Source: Okeania sp. (lineage in GTDB: Bacteria; Cyanobacteriota; Cyanobacteriia; Cyanobacteriales; Microcoleaceae). From it: a stretch of 32,000 nucleotides of DNA. Every line of letters begins with the position of its first letter. Position 1 is the stretch's first letter. This document shows positions 24,553 to 32,000 of the stretch, piece after piece. Made by a program: the position numbers and the translations under genes. Where the stretch lies: the NCBI RefSeq assembly GCF_035285525.1, contig NZ_JAYKGW010000248.1, forward strand, positions 9,285-41,284. The letters run 5' to 3'. The notes beneath the pieces are model-generated. The model did no database searches and was not told the origin of the DNA. It was given only the letters and a program-made list of their open reading frames with translations.

Positions 24553-25233
24553 TCAATTATCAATTATTTTTCGTGACATTTGCCCTTTCATTGCTGCTAA
24601 CTGAGTTTCAATATCATCATCACCTTTTTCCAGAGAGACAAACTTTTTTTCTAAACTATCACCTCCAAACTCAGTCATCATCTCAGACTTAGCCTCAAGC
24701 TGCATTATTTTCTCTTCCATTTGCTCAAAAACACTAAGAGTATTACCAGCATTCACCGAATTTAACATTTCATTTAGCTTTTCCGAAGCTTGAGCAGAAC
24801 GCGCTCTAGCAATATAAAGATTCTTTTTTAATTTCGCTTCACTAATTTTCTGCTCCAACTGCCTCATATTTTGCTTCAGTTTTTCCACCAACTGTTTTTG
24901 CTGTTCCACTTGAACCTTCATCACAGTAGCGGTTTCTTGATATGACTTCCGTCTAGTTAAAGCTTCCCGCGCCAAATTTTCCTGGCTTTTTTGTAAAGCT
25001 AACTGCGCTCGTCTATACCATTCATCAGCAGTAGATTTAGCTTGATAATATTGTCTTTCTGTACGTTTTTGAGTAGCGATCGCTTGTGCCACCGCTTGAC
25101 GTAGTTTCACCAAGTCATCCTGCATATCTTTTACAGTCTGCTCTAGAATCTTCTCTGGATCTTCAGCACCAGAAACCAGACTATTTATATTAGCACGAAT
25201 TGTGCGCCAAAGGCGGTCAAAAATTCCCATCAA
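24553..25233 (-). CDS. pspA: PspA/IM30 (Vipp1) family protein, short PspA-like form
   Basis: 226 aa beginning MGIFDRLWRTIRANINSLVSGAEDPEKILEQTVKDMQDDLVKLRQAVA, with coiled-coil sequence throughout. It lacks the long C-terminal extension I associate with Vipp1. Confidence 0.88.
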   Translation of the reverse strand: MMGIFDRLWRTIRANINSLVSGAEDPEKILEQTVKDMQDDLVKLRQAVAQAIATQKRTERQYYQAKSTADEWYRRAQLALQKSQENLAREALTRRKSYQETATVMKVQVEQQKQLVEKLKQNMRQLEQKISEAKLKKNLYIARARSAQASEKLNEMLNSVNAGNTLSVFEQMEEKIMQLEAKSEMMTEFGGDSLEKKFVSLEKGDDDIETQLAAMKGQMSRKIIDN

Positions 25234-25412
25234 GGATCTCCAATATTATTTCTTATAAAAAAGACATTGCATTTATGCACTGTGGAACAGACATCCTGCT
25301 AGTTTGCTGTTCCTTATGTTTTCGGATGGGCTGCCCATCCCACTTAGATCATCTCTTTATTCAGCAACACCATAAAAAACGTAAGCATTTCCTGCTGAAT
25401 GCTGACTCCTAC

Positions 25413-25515
25413 TAGACATCTCCAATAATCAAAAATCAAATCAATTATCCCACAAAAATAATCAATTATTTCTCCCTACTCCCTACTCCCTACTCCCTAC
25501 TCCCTACTCCCTATT
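25413..25515. repeat. Third, one-ended copy of the TAGACATCTCCA hairpin element, carrying an STRR array CCCTACT x5 (25474-25508, plus one degenerate unit)
   Basis: tagacatctccaataatcaaaaatcaaatcaattat..aatcaattatttct aligns with 10154-10222 and 10402-10460. The right TIR is absent, and the array runs up to the stop codon of the SPOR gene. Confidence 0.7.
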
Positions 25516-25519
25516 TTTA

Positions 25520-26755
25520 CTACTCAGGTTTCAAGTTGTAATATTTAGCATTCAATCCTGCTTTGCGTAATTCTTCCAGAAACATCTTTGCTCTTTCTGA
25601 TTCCGCAAAAGCTCCCATCTGTATCTTCATACCATTAGTCGTTTGACGCAGATAAGCATCTGAAATTATTGCCTGTGCTTTCAACAAAGATTCTTGATTT
25701 GCATAATCTACAACAACATAATACCAACCATCATCAGATTTAACAGGATTAGTTATTGGAGAACTATTAGAATTTTTTGGTGAAGGTTTAAGACTTGGAG
25801 ATGGAGTTGGAGAAGATATTGTCACCTTAGTAGATGGGTTATACTGAGGCAATAAAGTGCTACCAAGGTTATCCAGTTTTGTACTTCCTTGACTAGGTTG
25901 TGAAAGAGTATTAACACCTCCTGATATTGGTGGTGGTATCATAGGTTTAGCTTTTACTGTAGGAGAGTAAACCTGGTTAGGTTGAGGATTAACATTACTG
26001 AGAGTATTCAAATCTAAATCTACAAATTCCTGAGATGTCAAGTCAGGAGATTTTGGTAAAGCTTTCCCTTTATTGTTGTCAGTAGTAGTCTCATCTGTAT
26101 TTTTTTGAGCAGAACTACCTTTGAAAAGACGGTCTAAACTAAAATTGCTTAGACTTAAAGGATTTATTAAAACATAACCCAAAGCGGTACAAGAGATTAA
26201 GAATACAAACATTGCAGCTATTCCCAGGGGAGTAAATAAACTTGCTAAGTAAGAAGATTCTCCCTTATGACTTGGCTTTAATTTATCTAAACTTTCTAGG
26301 AGTTTCTCTGAAGATTCCAGATAGTTGTCTGGTGCCGTAGATTTATTTTTATCTAATAAAGATATCTGTTTGTGACTACCCGCGTCTATATTACCTTTTT
26401 TGGCCATGCTAATTTCTGTAGGAGTGGGAGGCTCAATGGCTACTGGTTTAGCTTTCGGAGCAGAGGTATGAGATGTTTCCAAGTTTTTCAGTGATGATTC
26501 TATCTCAGATGTAGAAGATGAGGGTACTGTTTGCTCTTCCACTGGTAATAGAGACATTAATTCGGGTGTTTTATAAATTTGTTTACTAATATTTCTCTGA
26601 GAAATTGGGGACTTTTCTGTTTGGTTGCGGTACTTGCGATATCTTGTTAGTTCCGCTTCTAGTCCTACATCCAAACTTTCCATTACACCTTGTAAAGTTT
26701 GATTCAATTCCTGAGTAGAATTTTTAGTAGATTTTACTATTGAATTTTGACTCAT
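25520..26755 (-). CDS. Membrane-anchored S/T/P-rich protein with a C-terminal SPOR (septal peptidoglycan-binding) domain
   Basis: 411 aa with one TM segment (LGIAAMFVFLISCTALGYVLI), long low-complexity linkers and a C-terminus WYYVVVDY..GMKIQMGAFAESERAKMFLEELRKAGL that resembles SPOR. Confidence 0.65.
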   Translation of the reverse strand: MSQNSIVKSTKNSTQELNQTLQGVMESLDVGLEAELTRYRKYRNQTEKSPISQRNISKQIYKTPELMSLLPVEEQTVPSSSTSEIESSLKNLETSHTSAPKAKPVAIEPPTPTEISMAKKGNIDAGSHKQISLLDKNKSTAPDNYLESSEKLLESLDKLKPSHKGESSYLASLFTPLGIAAMFVFLISCTALGYVLINPLSLSNFSLDRLFKGSSAQKNTDETTTDNNKGKALPKSPDLTSQEFVDLDLNTLSNVNPQPNQVYSPTVKAKPMIPPPISGGVNTLSQPSQGSTKLDNLGSTLLPQYNPSTKVTISSPTPSPSLKPSPKNSNSSPITNPVKSDDGWYYVVVDYANQESLLKAQAIISDAYLRQTTNGMKIQMGAFAESERAKMFLEELRKAGLNAKYYNLKPE

Positions 26756-26900
26756 TTAATAACTCCTGTTAATCGCTCATTGAGGCTCCCTTAGATATAG
26801 ATAAAGGGATTGTTAAAATTTGCTCCCATTAAACCAATGATTATAGCAGGAGTTTCTCAAATAAGAAGAACTAAATCTCATTTTTTCAAGGCTTATGTAG

Positions 26901-26936
26901 CAGAACCCAGAAACCTGGTTTCTTTGCACAAGTCCT
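26901..26936. repeat. Partial family B element (CAGAACCCAGAAACCTGGTTTCTTTGCACAAGTCCT)
   Basis: It matches the palindromic module and right end of 13203-13303. Confidence 0.55.
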
Positions 26937-27038
26937 ATTTGAAGAGCGACAAACCACTTTTTCATCAAATTTGTTATTATTATAGAATAGCTTTAAATAC
27001 TTACTTGTAGAGGAGCGTCCAAAGGATGTTAATAAATT

Positions 27039-27599
27039 ATGGGTTTCCAGTCTCTTAATCATATTTTAAGCTCTCTCAAAATTATAGAGCGATCGCCAGC
27101 ACAACAAGACTTTCAAAAGCTCAGGGAATATTGGGAAGAAGTTTTAGGGGCAATGGCTAGCCAAACTCAACCTTTATACATTGAGCGAGGTGTTTTATAT
27201 GTAGCAACATCCAGTGCTGCCTTATCTCAAGAACTTAGTTTTCGGGTACCGCAACTTTTACCAAAGCTAAACCACTTTTTGTCCATACCCCTAGATAATA
27301 TCCGATTCTCGGCAGCTCAATGGCATACCCATTTTCCTCTTAGTCAAGATAACCAAACTGAAAAAAATGATTGGCAACAGCATCCCAGTATGATTCCTCA
27401 GTTAACAAAAACATCCCTAGTAGACACCACTCCCACAAATCAAAACCCTCAGACCACTTTTCCAAATTGGGCGAAAGCTATACAAAAACGTTCTCAGGGA
27501 TTACCTCTTTGTCCTCAATGTCAATCTCCTACTCCCCCTGGAGAAATCCAACGTTGGTCTGTTTGTGCAATTTGCGCTACTAAATTAATGGATAATTGA
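27039..27599 (+). CDS. DUF721 (DciA-like) domain protein with a C-terminal CxxC..CxxC zinc-ribbon-like tail
   Basis: 186 aa. The N-terminal ~95 aa (LREYWEEVLG..YIERGVLYVATSSAALSQELSF) resemble DUF721. The C-terminus reads CPQCQSPTPPGEIQRWSVCAICA. Confidence 0.7.
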   Translation: MGFQSLNHILSSLKIIERSPAQQDFQKLREYWEEVLGAMASQTQPLYIERGVLYVATSSAALSQELSFRVPQLLPKLNHFLSIPLDNIRFSAAQWHTHFPLSQDNQTEKNDWQQHPSMIPQLTKTSLVDTTPTNQNPQTTFPNWAKAIQKRSQGLPLCPQCQSPTPPGEIQRWSVCAICATKLMDN

Positions 27600-28241
27600 T
27601 AATGAATAATTAATTATATGGAATCCCGATAATTATTTGATGAAAAACTTTGCGCTTTCTCACCTGGTTCTTTTCCTTCTACCCTCTGCCCTCCTTTTGA
27701 TTAATAAGGGTCGATAATTTTTCCATAATTTTCTCTACCCAAATGTAATTAAAAGTACAAAATAATTAATTTATCTTAATAAGGGATTGAAAATTTTTGA
27801 TAACTTATTTTGTATGTATTTATACATATTTAGTAGCTATGAATATTACCTAAGAATTAGTTTTATTTAACTAACCAATTAAGATTTCAAACCTCCCCAT
27901 TTGAAGGGGATAAAAAAGAAATTTTAGATTTTTTGGTCTCATAAACTTAGTAGTAAACACTGATAACTGATAATTGAAATGACTTATATTTTAGCTTGAT
28001 CCCCTCTTATTTTAGCAGAATAATGTATTTATTCATACAATTTTTCTGGCCAACCATGATCAAAATATTTCCATTTATAACAAAATTATAAAAATAATAT
28101 AAAGTTCAGTTAACTAAAAGAGTTATTTAAAATCTATATGTCATAATAGTTTTAGTTGATTAAAAGAGTAACTTCCTATAGATAAAAAATAGTATAAAGT
28201 CAACTATATAGATAGTAAAAATCAATTTAGGAAAATTTTTT

Positions 28242-28490
28242 ATGAAAACCAATCTAGCTTGTCGCCATTGCCAATACTATTCACCAGAGGGAAGGCGCGG
28301 AGGTATGTGTCAAAAATTAATGGCACCAGTTGAAAGTAATTGGAAAGCCTGTTCATTAGTTTTACCTCCTTTTGCACCATCCTGGGAAAATCAAAGTAAT
28401 ATAGCTATCTGGCATCAGAAAATAGATAAAACATTGGAAGTAGTTTTTCCCCTACAACCTACCGCTAATAATATCCATCAATTAACATAG
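28242..28490 (+). CDS. Small Cys-rich hypothetical protein (CxxC-x12-C-x13-C)
   Basis: 82-aa ORF, MKTNLACRHCQYYSPEGRRGGMCQKLMAPVESNWKAC.., with an aggaaaa purine patch upstream. It is the only sizeable ORF in a 1.2-kb gap. Confidence 0.5.
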   Translation: MKTNLACRHCQYYSPEGRRGGMCQKLMAPVESNWKACSLVLPPFAPSWENQSNIAIWHQKIDKTLEVVFPLQPTANNIHQLT

Positions 28491-28680
28491 TAGAGGTTAG
28501 TTCTTATTAAGTAAGAATCAGCTAAAGTTTCAGTAAATCTAGTCTGATTTTCATTTTGATCTAAACGTTAGCAGAAGACCCGAACCATAGTATAGCTTGG
28601 TCTCTACCTTAACCATCAGACTTTCTATAAGCAAACCCTAATTAATATACCCAAGTCATTGGGACGGTCTCTCCGTGAAA

Positions 28681-28715
28681 GGAAGCAATCTTGGGGGTGT
28701 GCGGAAATTGCTTCC
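28681..28715 (-). terminator. Candidate menB terminator hairpin
   Basis: GGAAGCAAT-(17 nt)-ATTGCTTCC lies ~70 nt past the menB stop. On the minus strand it is followed by TTTCAC only. Confidence 0.35.
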
Positions 28716-28783
28716 TGTCGTCAATAGGGAAGATTATTTAACCGGATTTTAGATCGCGCACTTAAGGGAAACTATCGGTTAAT

Positions 28784-29632
28784 TTAGGGTAGCCAAGGAT
28801 ATTTGCTAAAATCGGGAGGTCGTTTTTCTAAGAACGCCTTTTTACCTTCAGCACCTTCCTCTGTCATATAATAAAGAAGAGTAGCATTACCCGCTAATTC
28901 TTGTAGTCCAGCTTGTCCATCACAGTCAGCATTAAAAGCTGCTTTAAGACAACGAATAGCGATAGGGCTTTTTGCCAAAATTTCTAACGCCCATTTAATG
29001 CCTTCTATTTCTAACTCTTCTACTGGGACAACACAATTAACTAAACCCATTTCTAGAGCTTCTTGAGCTGTGTATTGCCGACAGAGAAACCAAATTTCTC
29101 GTGCTTTTTTCTGACCAACTATTCTGGCTAAATAACTAGCTCCAAAACCACCATCAAAACTACCTACCTTGGGACCAGTTTGACCAAAAATTGCATTATC
29201 GGCAGCAATAGTTAGGTCACAAATAATATGCAAAACATGACCTCCACCAATAGCATATCCAGCTACTAAAGCAATAACAACTTTAGGCATAGAACGAATT
29301 AACCGTTGCAAGTCCAATACATTTAACCGTGGTACACCGGCTTGATCAACATAACCTGCTTTACCCCGCACACTTTGGTCTCCACCAGCACAGAAAGCAT
29401 ATTTACCATCTGTATGAGGCCCTGCACCTGTGAACAAAACTACCCCTATATTTTGGTCTTCACGAGCGTCAACAAAAGCATCATAAAGTTCAAACACTGT
29501 TTGAGGACGAAAAGCATTGCGTTTGTGAGGACGATTGATTGTTATTTTGGCAATGCCGTCAGTTTTGTGGTAAAGAATATCGCTATAGTCTTTAACAATT
29601 TGCCATTTTATTGGCAAAGATTGATTCGTCAT
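28784..29632 (-). CDS. menB: 1,4-dihydroxy-2-naphthoyl-CoA synthase (crotonase superfamily; phylloquinone pathway in cyanobacteria)
   Basis: 282 aa with [45 protein letters not shown] and [13 protein letters not shown], the hallmark MenB motifs. Confidence 0.93.
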   Translation of the reverse strand: MTNQSLPIKWQIVKDYSDILYHKTDGIAKITINRPHKRNAFRPQTVFELYDAFVDAREDQNIGVVLFTGAGPHTDGKYAFCAGGDQSVRGKAGYVDQAGVPRLNVLDLQRLIRSMPKVVIALVAGYAIGGGHVLHIICDLTIAADNAIFGQTGPKVGSFDGGFGASYLARIVGQKKAREIWFLCRQYTAQEALEMGLVNCVVPVEELEIEGIKWALEILAKSPIAIRCLKAAFNADCDGQAGLQELAGNATLLYYMTEEGAEGKKAFLEKRPPDFSKYPWLP

Positions 29633-29660
29633 TTCAGTTATCAGTTATTAGTTATCAGTA
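29633..29660. repeat. STRR heptamer array abutting the menB start codon
   Basis: ttcagttatcagttattagttatcagta. On the coding strand the last 18 nt, TAACTGATAACTGAAATG, are identical to the purE leader plus ATG. Confidence 0.9.
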
Positions 29661-29824
29661 AATATTACAGCGCTTCCTGTTCTTAAAAGATACAATTAAT
29701 AATTAATAATTAATAATTTTGGTAACACAACCTTCCAGGTTGTTACAGCAAAAGAAGGCTGTGTTACACCTTGTAGAGATTAATTTTCAAATGTACCTCA
29801 CAGGCAACGGAAAGCGCTATAATT

Positions 29825-30301
29825 ATGATTAATAATTCTGATTATCTAGTCCATAAAAAATGGATGAGTCGGGTATTAGAATTGGCCAAAATTGCTGGTT
29901 ATGCTGGAGAAGTCCCAGTAGGTGCTGTAATAGTTAACTCAGATGGTCAGTTAATTACAGAGGCTCAAAATCGACGAGAGCGAGATTTTGACCCTACTGC
30001 TCATGCGGAAATATTGGCTTTGCGACAAGCAGGACTAATTTTGCAGAATTGGCACTTAAATGAATATACTCTTTACGTTAACTTGGAGCCTTGCCCAATG
30101 TGTAGTGGAGCAATATTGCAGGCCAGAATAGGTTTATTGGTTTATGGAGCGGACGATCCGAAAACTGGCACAATTAGAACTGTGGCTAATTTTCCAGATA
30201 GTGTTTTTTCTAATCATCGTTTGTCTGTATTGGGAGGAATCATGGAAACTGCTTGTCGTCAACAATTACAGTCTTGGTTTACTCAACGAAGGAAGAAGTA
30301 A
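29825..30301 (+). CDS. tadA: tRNA-specific adenosine deaminase
   Basis: 158 aa with GEVPVGAVIV, HAEILALR and EPCPMCSGAI, the CDA-type zinc motifs (H-A-E, PC-x2-C). Confidence 0.92.
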   Translation: MINNSDYLVHKKWMSRVLELAKIAGYAGEVPVGAVIVNSDGQLITEAQNRRERDFDPTAHAEILALRQAGLILQNWHLNEYTLYVNLEPCPMCSGAILQARIGLLVYGADDPKTGTIRTVANFPDSVFSNHRLSVLGGIMETACRQQLQSWFTQRRKK

Positions 30302-30485
30302 TAAGGAACAAGTTTTAAGCATTGAAAAAAAGGGAAAATATTATAGATATAAGTATTTGATAAACTGATAGCTGACTGCTACTAAAGACAATTAAATAAG
30401 TGTCATTAAAGAAGGAATTAAAGAAGCTACAAAATTTATCTTGAAGTTAAGAAAGAAATTAACTTAGACATTGAGGTAAAAAATT

Positions 30486-31265
30486 ATGATGCTTCTTAAA
30501 TATATTCGTTCATTTTTCAAAAGAGCAAATTTTCCAAATTGTACAACTTCAAATATTTGTTCTTGGTTAGTTTCTTTATCTTATTTTCTAGGTAGTTATA
30601 TAATAATGCCATTTTATTTTCGCAACATAAATATTATTGGCAAAGAAAATATTCCGAAAACAGGAGCGGTAATTTTGGCTCCTACTCATCGTTCTCGTTG
30701 GGATGCATTAATCATCGCTCATGCTACGGGTAGGTTGGTGACAGGTAGAGACTTAAGATTTATGGTTAGTATGGATGAAGTTAAAGGTTTACAAGGTTGG
30801 TTCATTAGACATTTGGGTGGGTTTCCTATTAATCCTAAAAATCCAGCAGTTTCTTGTTTTCGTCATGGAGTAGAATTAATGTTAAATAGAGAAATGTTGG
30901 TAATATTCCCTGAAGGTAGAATTTATCGCGATCGCCAAGTTCATTCTTTGAAAACAGGACTAGCGAGAATAGCATTACAAGCTGAATCTCATCAGCCAAA
31001 TCTTGATGTTAAAATAGTGCCTATATGTTTGAATTATGACCCAGTTATGGTTAGTCGTGGTTGTAATGTTACAGTTAAAATTGGTAATCCTTTATCTGTG
31101 AAAGATGATGTTAATGATTTGGGAAAAAAGCGGGCACAAAAATTAACTACGGATTTAGAGATGGCACTTAAAAGTCTCAATTTTCAGTCAGGAAAATTAA
31201 AGCAGTTTCCCAGCATAACTTATCAAGGATTAAAATCCTTGGCTAATAGCTTAAGTCATTTTTAG
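30486..31265 (+). CDS. 1-acyl-sn-glycerol-3-phosphate acyltransferase-like (PlsC family)
   Basis: 259 aa with the acyltransferase motifs HRSRWD (H-x4-D) and FPEGR after an N-terminal hydrophobic segment. Confidence 0.85.
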   Translation: MMLLKYIRSFFKRANFPNCTTSNICSWLVSLSYFLGSYIIMPFYFRNINIIGKENIPKTGAVILAPTHRSRWDALIIAHATGRLVTGRDLRFMVSMDEVKGLQGWFIRHLGGFPINPKNPAVSCFRHGVELMLNREMLVIFPEGRIYRDRQVHSLKTGLARIALQAESHQPNLDVKIVPICLNYDPVMVSRGCNVTVKIGNPLSVKDDVNDLGKKRAQKLTTDLEMALKSLNFQSGKLKQFPSITYQGLKSLANSLSHF

Positions 31266-31443
31266 ATGATTACAAATGTCACGCCCTGTCTTTTTGTATT
31301 GTGGTAAATTACAGGAAATTCTAAGTATATAAAGTACAAATATTAATAATCAAATCTTTTCAGTGGGAGCCGGAAAGCTCCCGTGGATGTAACTCACTAA
31401 AGTTTAATCTGCTGTAATCTGATATAATTATCTATTATTAATT

Positions 31444-31869
31444 ATGAATTATTATATGCAGTCAACATCAAAAGATTTTATCCCTAATTTTCAACCAAGT
31501 CAAATTGTCTGTTTGGAATATGAAAATACCTGTTTATATGCAGCAGTAATTCAGATATTGACACAACGAAAAATGTGTTGGGTTCGTCCCTTACTCCTAA
31601 AAATATTTATTTCAGAAAATAAGTCTGAAAATTATCAAGATAATTCTGATAAATCGACTTTATGGGATTTACGAGAAGGTGCAGATTTAGTATGGCCGAT
31701 TTGTCTATTTAGAGAAGCGATTGATACAGAGTTTATTCCACTTTTAACTGAATTAGAATTGTTAGATAGTCAAGAGAAAGATTTGCAAGTTTCACATCAA
31801 AAATTAAGACATTTTATTAGAAATGTTTGGCAAGCTTATTCTGATATTTTTCCTGTAGTTGAAAATTAA
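31444..31869 (+). CDS. Hypothetical protein
   Basis: 141-aa ORF with normal-looking composition. I recognise no motif. Confidence 0.55.
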   Translation: MNYYMQSTSKDFIPNFQPSQIVCLEYENTCLYAAVIQILTQRKMCWVRPLLLKIFISENKSENYQDNSDKSTLWDLREGADLVWPICLFREAIDTEFIPLLTELELLDSQEKDLQVSHQKLRHFIRNVWQAYSDIFPVVEN

Positions 31870-32000
31870 TATGGTGTTCTTTAATTATATTACTAATATT
31901 TGATTTTGGGGGTGGGCAGACCAAACTCCTACAATTTTTTTTCATAATAAAGAAAATTCATATGGTGTTCCTTAATTATATTACTAATATTTGATTTTGG
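31861..32000 (+). repeat. 49-nt direct repeat (31861-31909 and 31952-32000, 2 mismatches, 91-nt period) flanking a family C half-site; truncated by the window end
   Basis: gaaaatt(a/c)atatggtgttc(t/c)ttaattatattactaatatttgattttgg occurs twice. Copy 1 includes the last codons and the stop of the 31444-31869 ORF. Confidence 0.9.

Noticed and set aside
26810-27010. The 66-aa ORF upstream of the DUF721 gene (similarly 24004-24201, 25200-25415, 13020-13259, 27371-27583 and 30144-30368)
   Set aside because: These are short, overlap repeat fragments or better-supported genes in another frame or strand, and have implausible composition.
27811-27826. Calling TGTA-N8-TACA a functional NtcA-activated promoter
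   Set aside because: No TAN3T -10 box lies at the canonical ~22-nt distance on either strand. About one such 16-mer is expected by chance in AT-rich DNA of this length. I kept it only as a low-weight part of a finding.
28500-28783. A structured, GC-richer patch as a novel ncRNA or riboswitch
   Set aside because: It lies downstream of both convergent genes. The dominant hairpin (28681-28715) is most simply the menB terminator. No downstream gene exists for a riboswitch to control.
1-32000. A defence island, prophage, integrative element or other accessory multi-gene system
   Set aside because: Every sizeable ORF reads as a conserved housekeeping, transport or envelope gene. There are no integrase, transposase, nuclease/helicase/ATPase defence-type, reverse transcriptase, Cas or phage structural genes. 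The only clearly mobile DNA is non-autonomous small repeats.
1-32000. tRNA, rRNA, tmRNA, RNase P, SRP or 6S RNA genes
   Set aside because: I scanned the GC-richer intergenic patches by eye. All of them resolve into inverted-repeat elements, not cloverleaf or known RNA-family consensus sequences. A covariance-model scan would be needed to be certain.

Overview
This is an AT-rich chromosomal segment from a cyanobacterium, probably filamentous and Nostocales-like. That call is an inference from at least 20 HIP1 GCGATCGC palindromes counted by eye, many heptameric STRR arrays and dense MITE-like palindromic repeats. The coding content is mostly conserved housekeeping and transport genes: ispH (partial), an SGNH hydrolase, an ammonium transporter, purE, nagA and a cation:proton antiporter fused to a USP domain. 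It continues with a sodium:solute symporter, a pair of SugE/Gdx-like SMR genes, a urea-transporter-like channel fused to EF-hands, an orphan periplasmic binding protein and a Gfo/Idh/MocA oxidoreductase. The rest is gshB, grxC, a GT4 glycosyltransferase, an SH3b-Amidase_3 cell-wall amidase, a PspA/IM30 protein, a SPOR-domain protein, a DUF721 protein, a small Cys-rich ORF, menB, tadA, a PlsC-type acyltransferase and one hypothetical. I found no rRNA, tRNA, CRISPR array, transposase, integrase, prophage or recognisable defence genes, and no convincing novel multi-gene system. The most unusual coding feature is the urea-transporter/EF-hand fusion, which sits next to the Gdx-like SMR pair and the symporter. 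The most unusual non-coding features are listed here.
- Several families of small, GC-rich, inverted-repeat-bounded elements occupy nearly every intergenic gap.
- The 3' ends of three genes (nagA, gshB and the last ORF) are duplicated on the far side of such insertions.
- gshB is bracketed by two inverted copies of one element.
- A 263-bp tandem duplication carries hairpin elements that contain STRR arrays.
- TGATAAC heptamer arrays abut start codons, giving purE and menB an identical leader.
- A 75-nt uninterrupted polypyrimidine tract abuts a stop codon.
All functional calls come from reading the translations and recognising motifs by eye. No searches were run.
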